From: Narcine bancroftii
Taxonomy: Eukaryota
Direction of reading: 5' to 3'
Assembly (NCBI RefSeq): GCF_036971445.1
Contig: NC_091475.1
Location: forward strand, 5,084,001-5,148,000
DNA: 64,000 nt
A program made the translations under genes and the position numbers. The notes beneath the pieces are model-generated. The model had not been told where the DNA came from and did no database searches. It worked only from the letters and a program-made list of their open reading frames with translations. The stretch's first letter is position 1. Each line of letters begins with the position of its first letter. Of this stretch, positions 37,631 through 49,467 are shown one piece after another.

Positions 37631-39252
37631 TTGTGTTTGGAAGAGTATCAGGTTTTGTGAGTTCACAGAGAGATGAGTCTGGACACGTGTTACAATTACA
37701 AGTAACTTTCATGAACACACAGGAGACAAACAGGGGAGAATGTCAAACGATTTGCAATTACTATATTTCTAAACAACTGTATCACACATGTCAAACTCTG
37801 GCCTGCGGGCCAAATTTGGCCCGTGATATAATTATATTTGGCCCGCAAGATCATTTCAAAAATGTATTAGAGGTGGCCCGCTGGCCGCCACGCCAGTATA
37901 GTGCATGCACAGCTAATACTATAAATCCCAGAATACATTGGCGTCAGCCCGCTAATCGCCCCCACCTCCTCTGTTTACGTTGCAGGGTCTCACCGTGGAC
38001 TCTGGTTTTGGGGCCTGGCTGGTGTCAGGGGAAGCCAAGGCCACTTCCCAGCGCCTGGAACCGGAGGCCTCGGGCCTGATCTCGCCAGGACCGTTGCCCA
38101 CTCCCCCTCCCTGCCGCAGGCCGACCCGCGACTCACGGTGACGAGGCCACTGATCCGCCGAGATGCCGCCGTGCAGCGAGAGCCGATGCCCCCGCACTTT
38201 CGTTGTCCAACCCAATCGCCCACAAACCCCGCCCTCCCGCACACAGGCCTGAGTAAGGATTATGAACTTTAATCTCAGGATAAAACGATCTTCCAATAGT
38301 TTCATGTCACAGTGATAAATATATTCCTGGTTAAAAATGGTCCTGCACCTGGATACAAGCTCATTAGGCATAAAACTTGAAAAGTGTGTAAATCAAAGGA
38401 TATCTGTACCAATGGAAAAAGGGCATGGCAAATAACCTTGCTAGAGTTCATGCCCACAATCAGTCACCCATTTGATTGTTTCAGGAATCATGTTATTCTC
38501 CCACATTCTCAATTTTACTATTCGACAGCACACTAGCAACATTTGACAAATCCTCTATAGAGAAATATTATTTATTGAATATTTTATTTCTCATTTGTTA
38601 ATGCTTCTGGAAAGAGTTTATCCAAAACTATTGTTAAACATTTATTTTAATAAGAAAAAGTTTAACATTACATATGTTGAAAGAAGAGAAAACATGCAGA
38701 TGTTGTTGAAAATTTTCAATAAATATTTAGTTCGGCCCTCGACTTAGTCCAAGTTTTTAATTTTGGCCCTCTGTGAATTTGAGTTTGACACCCCTGAACT
38801 ATGTAGACATTCACATCAGACCCAGCTTGGACTCTGATACCACAAATACACACTTCACAGATGTGGACATTCACACACACTCCCAGTTCCCTGTACCAAT
38901 GGGAGTGCAGCTCTCTGCAAGCACTAATCTATCACAGTACTAAGGCTCAGCTTTACCTGCAACACTTCCAGCGATGTCCAAAATAGCAACCATGTGTGGA
39001 GCGATGTCCGGGGCTTGGAACATGAAGCAGAGAGAAAGAATGTGCTGTGCAATTCTGGGCTGGGCGTTTAGCCAATGATAACCTTAAGTAATTTAAATGA
39101 GCCACTGGCAAGGTGTGCACTATGCGAGGCTGGAGTCCAACCTTGATTGGCAGGTGATGTGACTTCTGAATAAATTTCAGACAGGGAAGACACGTGACCA
39201 CCCGCAATCCATAATATTGCAGACAGGCAGGGAGGCCGTGTTTTTTCCCACA
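37631..39252 (-). mobile_element. Probable solo LTR interrupted by a hAT element
   Basis: TG...CA ends and LTR-like composition; no clear TSD; boundaries uncertain. Confidence 0.4.
37783..38796. mobile_element. Non-autonomous hAT (Charlie-like) element with GC/CpG-rich core
   Basis: TIR cacacaTGTCAAACTC / GAGTTTGACACCCCTG with GGCCC subterminal repeats; 8-bp TSD aactgtat / aactatgt. Confidence 0.85.
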
Positions 39253-39589
39253 ATCCACATATAACAGCAGGCCAGGACAAGACAGATGGAAAATAAAGTG
39301 GAAGAACACGATATCATGTATCTTGATCCTCACACAGAAAAGTAGATTGTCTGTTAAATGGTGAGAAACTGCTTATGTTGATAATTACAAGGCGTGCCTG
39401 TGCATAATTTTATTGAAGGGCAATGTGCAGATAAAACAAGCAATAAAGAGGATAAGGGGCATGAATTATTTTTACCCCCTTACCCAACAAACAAAATCAC
39501 CTACTTGATCATTCATCTTACTGTGGTCAGTGAGATTTCACTGCATGCAAAATGGACAGTCTATGTATTAGCTGTTTTGGAGAGGTAAC

Positions 39590-39812
39590 AGAAGCCTGAA
39601 GGGTAACCTTTTTACTCAGAGTGGTGGGTGTATGGAGGAGGTGGTTGAGGCAGATACTATTGAAATGCTTAAGAAACATTTAGATGGATACATGGATAGA
39701 GTAGGTTTAGATGGTGGGCCAAATACAGGGAGGTGGGACTATTGTGGGTGTGACATTTTGATGGCATGGGCAAGTTGGGACAAAGAGCCTGTTTCCACGC
39801 TGTATGACTCTT
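39590..39812 (+). mobile_element. CR1 3' end
   Basis: FFTQ...EEVVEADTIEMLKKHLDGYMDR. Confidence 0.8.
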
Positions 39813-39879
39813 TGATTCGATGGCATTGAAATACTGAAATGTATACATATATTATAGATGCAACAAAATATCTTTATTA

Positions 39880-40412
39880 CATTTGGATTAAACTTTTCTC
39901 CTGGCTTTGCAAACTCCCTCTGATATAAAGTTCATCAAAAACTCTGTTGCTCTTTATCATCCCCCCCTTCCAAGTTTTAGTCTGCCAGCATATTCCAAAC
40001 CATGTTGATCTATACTGCACCTCAGGTTAAAAATTGTCATCCTTCCTTAACCTGCACTTAATTTTTCCTGTATTCATCGATTTCCTGATAACAACCACTC
40101 CACCTCTTCACCCCACCTCTAGCCTCCGAGCCCCTCGTCTATGCATTCCTGGGGTCTGTCCACCTCCTTTTGCCCCATTGTGACTTGAATTATACTCTGG
40201 ATCTCTCTAATTATGATAATTCTTTCAAAATTCTTCCTGTGCTTTCAGATTTTGCTCAAAGCCCAACTCTTCACTCACACATTCATGCTGGAAAATTAAT
40301 CTCTTGCACATTCCCACTGCTCTTCTATTCTTAGTGAACCATCTGCTTTGCTTTGTGGTTCACAAAGTAACTTGGGACCTTTTTTTTTCACACTGTATAA
40401 ATACGAGCTGTA
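39880..40412 (+). mobile_element. Old L2 3' fragment
   Basis: ctcctggc...ctcatcaaaaactctgttgc...aaaattgtcatcct; tail ctgtataaatacgagctgtattgt. Confidence 0.5.
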
Positions 40413-40624
40413 TTGTATAAAGAGACAGTGACAACGTAAGAAACCATATAATTCTGACTGCAGCAAATCAGAACGACCCAGTAAATAAACTTCATAATAT
40501 CTTATACATTCTTAATATTTGTCTGTCAACTTCTGTTGAATATAATTTCAAGTGGTGACTGAAATCAAAACATTTTCAAAGATCTCACCCATTTTACCTT
40601 GTGTCAAATCTCTTTATGTCCTGG

Positions 40625-41455
40625 AGAAACAAAGAAATCTGCAGATTTTGAGATCCAGTGCAGGACATAGCAATACTGAAAAACTCAACAGGTCAAGTAG
40701 CATCCATAGAAAGTAAAAGGCCGTTGATGTTTCAGACCTGAGCTTTTCTTTAGGTGTGCCAAAAATCTACTCATCCTTTCTCACTAATCCCACCCCCCAT
40801 AACTGCCCCATAACTTGCCCCATAACTGCAAGAGGTCCTACACTTAGATTGCATCTGTATCTCCTCCCTCACCACCATTCATGGCTCCAATCAGTCTTTT
40901 TGAGTGAAGCAACAGCTCACCTACAAATCTGTAGGGGTCATGTACAGCACTGGGGAGACTGGACACAAAATGGGGAATCGCTTCGTTGAGCACCCTCACT
41001 CTGTCAGCTGCAGCAGCAAGGACCGCATCCACATTGCCCCATTGCCTACACTATCATGCCTGTCCATAGGCTTGTGTACTGTCAGGTTGAGGCCACTCGG
41101 AAATCGGAGGATCAACACCTTATATTCCATCTCAGCAGTTTTCATTCAGACTGCACCAATATCGATTTCTCCATCCTCCCCTGCTCTCTCTCTTTCCCTC
41201 ATCCCCCTGACTCCATTCTCCAGCACCCCCAGTCCATTCCCTTCCTTTTCCTCTCAGCTACCTTTCTCAACCCTCTGCCCCCTCCTCCATCACCTTAGCT
41301 TCTCTCCCACCTCTAGCCTGAGATCCTCCACCTTCTCCCTCACCCCACCTTCTTATTCGGGAATCTGCCTGATTTTTAACACTCCAGAGGAAGGGCTTCT
41401 GCCTGAAATGCTGACTGCCTTTTGCTTTCCATGGATGGTGCACTTCTATGTACTG
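40625..41455 (+). mobile_element. Penelope-like element: inverted pLTR (40625-40755, -) head-to-head with a GIY-YIG endonuclease 3' fragment and pLTR (+)
   Basis: VKQQLTYKSVGVMY..GETGHKMGNRFVEH and ATRKSEDQHLIFHL (PLE GIY-YIG region); pLTR motif gaggaagggcttctgcctgaaa at about 41387. Confidence 0.8.
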
Positions 41456-42349
41456 TATGGGAAAATGGGATTTTGTTTGGACAGACTACACACTGACAGA
41501 TGCTAGGATGGCATTATGTCCTTGTTTAAAATGTTGCCAGTAATTAGGTTCTTGTTAATATTTCTAGCACATTTTTAAAACCAATTTCGATTCGTGATGT
41601 ATTAACAAAGCAAATTAATGCTGGTAATTAAGTAACAAAGGAGGGTTTGTGTAAGACATGTAGCATGAATTATTTATTCAAAATCTAATTTTTTTTAACA
41701 CAATTGAGATTGTTCTGATAAGATGGATCATTATACTAACCAATTAGGAAAAGGTTATTAATACGGTACTATTAAAAAATGTACATGATCCATGTAATTT
41801 ATGTACTTCACCTCTCCCTTGGGCTAGAAATGCTGGAGTAGGGAACTGTTTTCTAGGAAGCAGTGGATAGGTTTAATTAATAAATATGTATGATTAAACA
41901 ATTGTATATCAATCATATTATCATTGCATCCCTAGTCAAAATCCCAACATCATTAAAAATCTTCAGAAATGAAGTCCCCAAGATCAAAGAGAAAGAAAAA
42001 ACATGAATATGAAGATGGGTATGTGCACTTAAATAGAGTGAAAGAAAAAAATACATTTTTGACTTTCATGGCATGAATTTAACGAAGGAAATCACCTTTT
42101 TTTAGAATTGAAAAAGGGAAAGTCAGAACAAATTTACTATTAGGACAAAATGAAAAACTGGATTTTCAAAATAAGAAGAAAGAAAATAATGTATTTGTAC
42201 TGTTCCTGGATAATCCTAAAATGAACCTTAATTAATATTATATAAAATAACAATATTAAGGCTGAAACCCGGATGTAGACTATGTTCTAGAAACTGAAAC
42301 TAGAACTGAGTGTTGTAATCGGGGCTTAAATAAGGTAGGCATCATCTTT

Positions 42350-42540
42350 ATCCCATGACAGAAGAGTCTAAAATTAGAGAGCAAAGCTTAAGGAGAGAGG
42401 GGGCAAGATTTAAAACAGAGAAAACTGTAGACGTGGGTATGATATCAACACTTTAAAAATCATTTGTTTAGATACATGTATGGGAAAGGTTGAAAAGGAT
42501 CCGAACCGAATGTAAGCATTTGGACTAGCTCAGATAGGCA
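42350..42540 (+). mobile_element. CR1 3' fragment
   Basis: gagtctaaaattagagagcaaagcttaagg...tttaaaaatcatttgtttagatacatg. Confidence 0.6.
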
Positions 42541-42544
42541 AAGT

Positions 42545-43710
42545 TCAAAGTTCAGATTTATTGTCAGAGTACATACATGACATCACATACAACCCTGAGA
42601 TTCCTTTTCCTACAGGCCAGGCAGAATTTCTACTTATTGGTAAATGCGCACTGCACACAAGAGCGTTTACAAAAGAAAGAAATATAAACAAACTGCAAAC
42701 AAAGATATAAAAGTAAGTATTCGGTAATAAATGATGTGCAAAGTAAGAGGTTCTTAAATGAGTCTCCGATTGAGTTTGTCGTTGAGGAGTTTGATGGTGG
42801 AGGGGCAGAAACTATTCCCGAACCTAGTGACTGACACCAATGACCTCTTTTCTGATGGCAGCAGCAAGAACAGAGCATGTTTGATGGTGTGGATCCTTGA
42901 TAATTGCTGTTGCGCTCCGACAGCAGAATTCCAAGTAGATTTTCTCCATAGTGGGGAGAGTTTTAGCCTGTGAGGTGCTGGGCAGTGCCCACTACCTTTT
43001 CCAGGGCTTTCCACTCAGAGATATTGGTGCCCCCATTCCAGGCTGTGATGCAGCCGGTCAGCACACTTTCCACTACACATCTGTAGAAGTTTGCCAACCT
43101 CTACAAACTCCTGACAAAGGAGAGGCGCTGACATACATTCTTCACAATGACATTAGTATGTTAGGTTCAGAAGAGTTCTTCCTAGATAGTGGCTCCCAGG
43201 AATTTAAATTTGCTCACCCCCTCTACCCAATGATCCCAATGATCACTGGATTGTACATCCCTGGTTTTCCCTTCCTAAAAGCCACAATCAGCTCCTTGGT
43301 CTTGATGGCATTGAGTGCGAGGTTGTCATTAGTACACCATTCAGCCAAGTATTCAATCTCCCTCCTGACTCATTGCCCCATTTTATACCATGCACTAGAG
43401 GGGTATTATCAGCAGGTTTGTAGATGGTGTTGTTATCGTACCGAGCCGCACAATCATAGGTTTAAAGTGAGTAGAGTAGGGGGCTAAGAACACAGCCCTG
43501 TGGTGCTCCGGTGCTGATGGAGATTGTGGCAGAGATGTTATTCCCAATCTGCACTGTTTGGGGTTTGGAGGTGAGGAGATCCAGGATCCAATTGTGCAGT
43601 GGGGTTTTGAGTTCCAGTTCTTGGAGTTTTCTTATCAGTTTTGAGGGGATGATGATGTTGAATGCTGAACTGTAGTCATTTAAAAGCATTGTGATGTATG
43701 CATCTTTACA
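42545..43710 (-). mobile_element. Rex1/Babar LINE RT 3' fragment
   Basis: [14 protein letters not shown]...WILDLLT...[16 protein letters not shown]; HALFLLLPS. Confidence 0.9.
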
Positions 43711-44112
43711 AGATACAAGATTCAAGATTCATTTATTGTCAAGTACTGGTAATAACATGAAATATTACACAAAGTTGCCTTCAGCCTGCCATCTTTGGTG
43801 TCCAGGTATTGCAGTGCTTTGTTTAGAGCAATGGTTTTCAACTGCTCCTCTAAACTCACATTCCACCATAAGTAATTCCTCGGCTATTGGTGCTCTGTGA
43901 TTAGTGAGGGATTGCTTAAGGTGGTATTTTAACGAGCCCAGAGGACCCCGAAACCCATCAGCAATAGATATTCATCAAGGTAAATGGTTACTTAAACAAA
44001 AGTTGCTTTTAATTATCTTTGAACATGAAAATAGAATCACACTTTAACTTATCACTATTGACTTAACTAACCTAACTTAACCCCTTTCTAATTCTAAGCG
44101 CACGTGTGTGTA

Positions 44113-44113
<1 letters not shown>

Positions 44114-44186
<73 letters not shown>
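44114..44186. repeat. (GT)n microsatellite
   Basis: About 36 perfect TG units. Confidence 0.98.
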
Positions 44187-44188
<2 letters not shown>

Positions 44189-44663
44189 GTTCAGAAAAGT
44201 TCTTTGGTTCACAGTCCAATATCACTTCTCATTCCTCCAAGTTCACTGGTTGCAGGCAATTCATATACTGGGCACAGAATTTAACATTTATAAAGTTCAC
44301 CAGACTTTGGTGCTTGAAAGGTAAATGGTTACTGCTCAGGAAGGTTCTTGTCGGTTTATAGAGAAATTTGTTGTTCTAGGACATCACAACTGATTCCTTT
44401 TTAATCAGCCACTCCAGTGTCTTGCTGATGAAATCTGCCCCCTTCAGGGTTCTCCAGATGATAACCTCTTTCTTTCTGGTCACCACAGAGTGCTTTTTTG
44501 TTTCTCTTATTCCAAGTGAAACATTAGACAGCCAGTCCTCTTCTCTTGCATGAACCATAAGGGCTTTGATCAGGCTGAACAAAGCACTTAAAAAACCCAT
44601 CTTCCAAATGGGGCTTTGCACAAGCTTGCCAGCTTGTCCTATTCCAGTCCCAGCTGCTGTTAC

Positions 44664-44844
44664 NNNNNNNNNNNNNNNNNNNNNNNNNNNNNNNNNNNNN
44701 NNNNNNNNNNNNNNNNNNNNNNNNNNNNNNNNNNNNNNNNNNNNNNNNNNNNNNNNNNNNNNNNNNNNNNNNNNNNNNNNNNNNNNNNNNNNNNNNNNNN
44801 NNNNNNNNNNNNNNNNNNNNNNNNNNNNNNNNNNNNNNNNNNNN
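44664..44844. other. N-run inside the solo LTR
   Basis: 181 N. Confidence 0.99.
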
Positions 44845-45412
44845 CTTACAAAACCACATAACTCTCTGCTTACAAAACCACAGTAAGCTCTCCTCCAGAC
44901 AGAAGGTGGCTCCAACAAACTCTTTCACCCGTTGCCATTTTATAAACAACAATCCATTAATGAGTTATCTTGGGCACTCTCCAAAGCTCTTGCAAAGACT
45001 GTTGGCCCTGACATGTCTAACATGGGGCAGAGCTCCAGTATTTTAAATAAGATCTGTTTTAAAGTGTTTGTATGTGGGCTACTCTAACAAACCTTTCCCA
45101 ATTTATTTCCCAAAAACATATCTATATACTCTGTCACAGTATGTGAGTGGGAAGGTTGAGAACCACTGATCTAGACCCAATTGTTACTGAAATATTTTGC
45201 TTGACGAAAATTAAAATGGGGCTAATTCCTTTGAAGTTATGAAACTGTGCACATAACAAGTCGATTAGGTATGATTAAAACAGTGGTTTTCAAACATTTT
45301 CTTTCCACTCATATACCACCTTAAGCAATCCCTTACTAATCACAGAGCACCTTTAGCATAGGGATTGCTTAAGGTAGAATGTGAGTTATGGGGGGCAGTT
45401 TGAAAATCACTG

Positions 45413-46570
45413 GTTTAGAGCCATTGAGATGGCATCTGCCAGAGACTTATTTCTGTCGTAGGCAAATTGGAACAGATCCACGTCACTGCTCAGACAGAGG
45501 CTGATATGTTTTAACACCAGCCTCACAAAACACTTCATCACTATGGATGTGAGTGCCAATGGTTGGTATTCATTCAGACAGATTACCACACTCTTCTTGG
45601 GCACAGATACGATTGAAGCCTGTTTGAAATGGGCTTCTGTCAGACCGGGTACTTCCCTTAGATTCATTCTCCTGAAGGCAGCCAGCGCGTCATTTTCAGA
45701 TATTGTCAGTAGAGGATCATCAGAGGAGATTAAGGTGTGCGATGGTGGTCAGTACATCCTTCAAGAGGATGAATCCTTGCAAGGTGTCAGGATCTGAATG
45801 GTATACCTGGCACAGTACTGAAAATCTGTGCCAACCAACCAGCCAGAGCATTCACAGACATTTTCATTCCCTCGTTGCTCCAGATGGAGGTTACCACTAT
45901 CTTCAAAAGACCATCAATCATCCTGGTGCCAAAGAAGAGCAGACTGAGCTGTCTCAATGACTACTGTCCAGTAGCCCTCACTTCTACTGGGATTAAATGC
46001 TCTGAGAGGTTGGGCATGAGCAAGATTAACTTGTACCTAAGTAAAGACCTGGTCTCACTGCAATTCCCCTTCCATCACAATTGCTCCACAACATTTGGAA
46101 TATCACTCAGCTCTGGATCACCTAGACAACAGCAACACGTACATCAGGCTACTCTATAGCTATAGCTCAGTTTTAAACTCCAACATACCCTCAGTGGTGG
46201 TCAACAAGCCCCAAAATCTGGGCCACAAATGACTATTTGTCATTGGCATCAGGAGAGACATAAACACTGATGAGAATCACTAATGAGATCTCTCTGCATT
46301 TAATCGCGGGTCTTTATTTAATTGAGATTCGCTCTCAGGCAGTAGAGCCAGAATGTTGGCTTAACCCCATTGTCCGTGCATCAGCCGATATTAATCAAAA
46401 GCACAAGCCGCCACCTCCCTCTTTGCCACAATCGGTGTTCCGGGCCAGTTTGTGAACGGTGATACCCTCTGGTGTGTTCTCTGCAGCAAACAACAGATCT
46501 TTCTCACTTGTCTTTGATAAAGCAGTCTTGCCATGAGGTTGCCAATTTTATTTTCTAATGACTGGTCATT
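45413..46570. mobile_element. Cluster of Rex/Babar fragments (- 45413-45700, + 45700-46230, - 46240-46570)
   Basis: VPKKSVVICLNEYQPLALTSIVMKCF (-); VPKKSRLSCLNDYCPVALTS (+); QSLENKIGNLMARLLYQR (-, N-terminal region). Confidence 0.82.
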
Positions 46571-47767
46571 CATCAGTGGTATGGTCAGTTGGGGAGGCAA
46601 GGTCAAATTGGGCCAAAGGGACTGTTTTCATGCTGTATTGCTCTGTGTCTTAATGTGAATTAATTTTGTGTAGCCAGTCTTATTCTCCTTTCCAGAGAAG
46701 TCCTTGAACATTTTGTGTATGGATTGTAGGTTTACAATTCTCTCAGTCTTACTGTATCCTTTGATGTTGTTACTGTCAACATTAATGTCACGTAAAATGA
46801 TGTTTGGTCTCCCTGAAATTGTCTTCTATTGTATCGATCTCGTCTAAGTAAACACAAAGAATGATGGCGTGTTACCAATGTGCCAGCAATTCCTATTTCT
46901 TTTATCTGGCATAAATTCAATGTTGTGTAATCTGAGAAATAAGAATTTATATTTGGTGAGTTTAAGGTACAACATGGCACAATATCAAAAAACACATTTT
47001 ATCACAGTCAATACAGTCAAGTATTGCAGTCATTCAACATTAAGGCAATGCAATTTGTTCAGAAATGTCCTCTTGTAAAATGAAGGGAACTATACTTTAA
47101 GAGGTGACACTAGGTTAATCAAAACAAAGCAAAACACATTTTAGATGATCTTCCATTTTCAATCCAAAATGTAATGAAAATAATTTTCATGTGCCACTGC
47201 AACCTTTGTACTCGACAGTATTCACGAACACATTCTTCTTTATACCAAATGAATAAGCCATTTAGGATGTTGCAACGAACAAATTGGCTTGGAATCTACT
47301 CAGAAATACTGGCGGTTTCAAAATGAACTATTGGCATTTACACCTGGTCATTCACTGGGGTTTCAAATCTTCTGACAACTTTTGGGCTAAGTTTGAATAA
47401 ACAAACATTATCATCCTGCTGGTCAACCTCCTTGTATGTCATGTCCACATTGTGTTCCAGTGGTGAGCACTTCGTAGAGCTCAGTGGCAATGGGGAAACT
47501 GCTCTTCTGCAGCTGTTACACTGGGTAATTCTGCAATGTTAGAGCTGTTTACCTGAATGGAGAGGAATTGCTGTGAGGGACAACTATGAATATGGTAAAT
47601 TAGATTTTTGTTGAAAAAAATAAGTTAACCTAATGTAATGCTATTGTTTCAAAGTGATTTGAAATGTTTTTTTTAATTTTAAATATGTTTAATTTTCAGA
47701 TTTTTTATCATTGTTTTGCATTTGTTCCTAAATGGCTCTAATTGTCAGGAATATTCAAAAGCTTTAT

Positions 47768-48020
47768 TGGGTGGCACTGTTTGTATAGTAGGATAGCATG
47801 GTTAGTGTAACGCTTTTACAGCACCAGCGGCCTGGTTTCAAATCTGGCGCTGTCTGTAAGGAGTTTGTACATTCTCCCCATGTCTGCGTGGGTGTCCTCC
47901 GGGTTCTCCAGTTTCCTCCCACCATTCAAAACATACAGAGTTTGTCCGTTAATTGGGGTACTTGAGCAGCACAGGCACCTTGCTGGAGGTTCCTGTTACT
48001 GTGCTGTATGTCTAAAGTTA
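47768..48020 (+). mobile_element. V-SINE
   Basis: B-box ggtttcaaatc; V-domain tgggtgtcctccgggttctccagtttcctcccac. Confidence 0.88.
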
Positions 48021-48089
48021 ATATTTTTTAAAAATCGTTAACATTCATCTAAGGAGCTTTGTTAGCTGTCAGATATCTCCTTTAGGATA

Positions 48090-48187
48090 AAATCACAAAG
48101 ATACTGGAGAAACTGAGCAGATCGTGCAGCATCCATAGAAGGTAAAGATATATAACTAATGTTTCGGGTCTGAGCCCTTCGTATGGG
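48090..48187 (-). mobile_element. Penelope pLTR fragment
   Basis: Reverse complement ACGAAGGGCTCAGACCCGAAAC...CTGCTCAGTTTCTCCAG. Confidence 0.7.
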
Positions 48188-48574
48188 TGTGCAGAGGAGG
48201 AAATAGAGGAAAAGACTCTTGTAATGGCACTGGTTTATCACAGCTTACAAACAAATAACAAATACACTCACTCGTTTCTTTCGGCACATCATGAAGTTGT
48301 CTTTCTTTTTTTAATTATTCACTAGACCCAACATTGCATTCTTCAACTCCCCAACACCACCCAGCTAAACTCCTCTGACCTTCTCCTTGGCTCACTGCCA
48401 CACAGGTGGTCCTGACACTCACTCTCTCCTCCTCCAGCATCTGAGATTCATCACTCATATACTGACACTTAACACACCTGCACATATGCGCTATTACTCC
48501 CGCGCGTTGCATTGCTTACATCATCATCATCGGCCGGCACCACTCCCCGACAAAGGTAAGTACGCGACCATGAC
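48188..48574 (-). mobile_element. Probable solo LTR
   Basis: TGTGCAG...CATGACA termini and a CpG-containing U3-like end; TSD not evident. Confidence 0.45.
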
Positions 48575-48712
48575 ACTCTGGCAGAACTCTAGAGGAGAAC
48601 TTCAGGGTTGGCATCACTCAAGGAGATTTCGCAGTGGAGCAACCAAATGGAGTGATATGTGGAAGTCTGCAGACACTGATGGTAGTAAAAGCACAAAATT
48701 GCTGGATGAATT

Positions 48713-49204
48713 CAACAGGTCTCCCAGCCTGAGCCCTTCATCAACAGGTCTCCCAGCCTGAGCCCTTCATCAACAGGTCTCCCAGCCTGAGCCCTTCATC
48801 AACAGGTCTCCCAGCCTGAGCCCTTCATCAACAGGTCTCCCAGCCTGAGCCCTTCATCAACAGGTCTACCAGCCTGAGCCCTTCATCAACAGTCTCCCAG
48901 CCTGAGCCCTTCATCAACAGGTCTCCCAGCCTGAGCCCTTCATCAACAGGTCTCCCAGCCTGAGCCCTTCATCAACAGGTCTCCCAGCCTGAGCCCTTCA
49001 TCAACAGGTTTCCCAGCCTGAGCCCTTCATCAACAGGTCTACCAGCCTGAGCCCTTCATCAACAGGTCTCCCAGCCTGAGCCCTTCATCAACAGGTCTCC
49101 CAGCCTGAGTCCTTCATCAACAGGTCTCCCAGCCTGAGCCCTTCATCAACAGGTCTCCCAGCCTGAGCCCTTCATCAACAGGACTCCCAACCTGAGCTCT
49201 TCAT
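48713..49204. repeat. 29-bp minisatellite (CAACAGGTCTCCCAGCCTGAGCCCTTCAT) x17 within a Penelope pLTR remnant
   Basis: 17 head-to-tail units with no spacers, a few substitutions and one 28-bp unit at 48887. Confidence 0.97.
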
Positions 49205-49467
49205 CGAAGTATGCAGAGAGGGAGCAGTGAGAGAGGATTCACAGAACTTCCTTCAGATGCTTTGTAGGCAGGCCTGGTTCTGGTTCTCCCCTACAATGGC
49301 ATTACATTACCCACATGCCTTCTGCTGCAAGCGAGTGCACAATGGGGATACTAAAGGTAACTTCACACTTACCACTTTTAATAGCAGCAAGCATTTGTTC
49401 CTGGTCATTCACAACAACTGTGGTTTAATAGCAATTACATAAATAAAAATAACTGCTGATTGGTTGT

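Larger units (their letters stand above)
43928..45138 (-). mobile_element. Solo LTR (about 1.2 kb, Gypsy-type)
   Basis: Ends T(T)TAAC...GTCACA; perfect 4-bp TSD gtat (43924-43927 and 45139-45142); TATA-like tttataaa at about 44940 and ATTAAA at about 44010 on the minus strand. Confidence 0.85.
43829..45412. mobile_element. hAT composite MITE, copy 4 (variant), inserted in a Rex fragment and hosting a solo LTR
   Basis: Perfect 8-bp TSD gtttagag (43821-43828 and 45413-45420); same internal passenger as the other copies. Confidence 0.9.

Noticed and set aside
40904-41506. 200-aa Ser/Pro-rich ORF
   Set aside because: A Penelope GIY-YIG remnant running into a pyrimidine-rich low-complexity UTR.
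44104-44361. Cys-Val repeat ORFs (and Arg-Glu/Leu-Ser ORFs at 6010-6332)
   Set aside because: Translations of (GT)n and (CT)n microsatellites.
48713-49204. 29-bp repeats of CRISPR-like length
   Set aside because: Units are contiguous with no unique spacers, there are no cas genes, and the context is eukaryotic.
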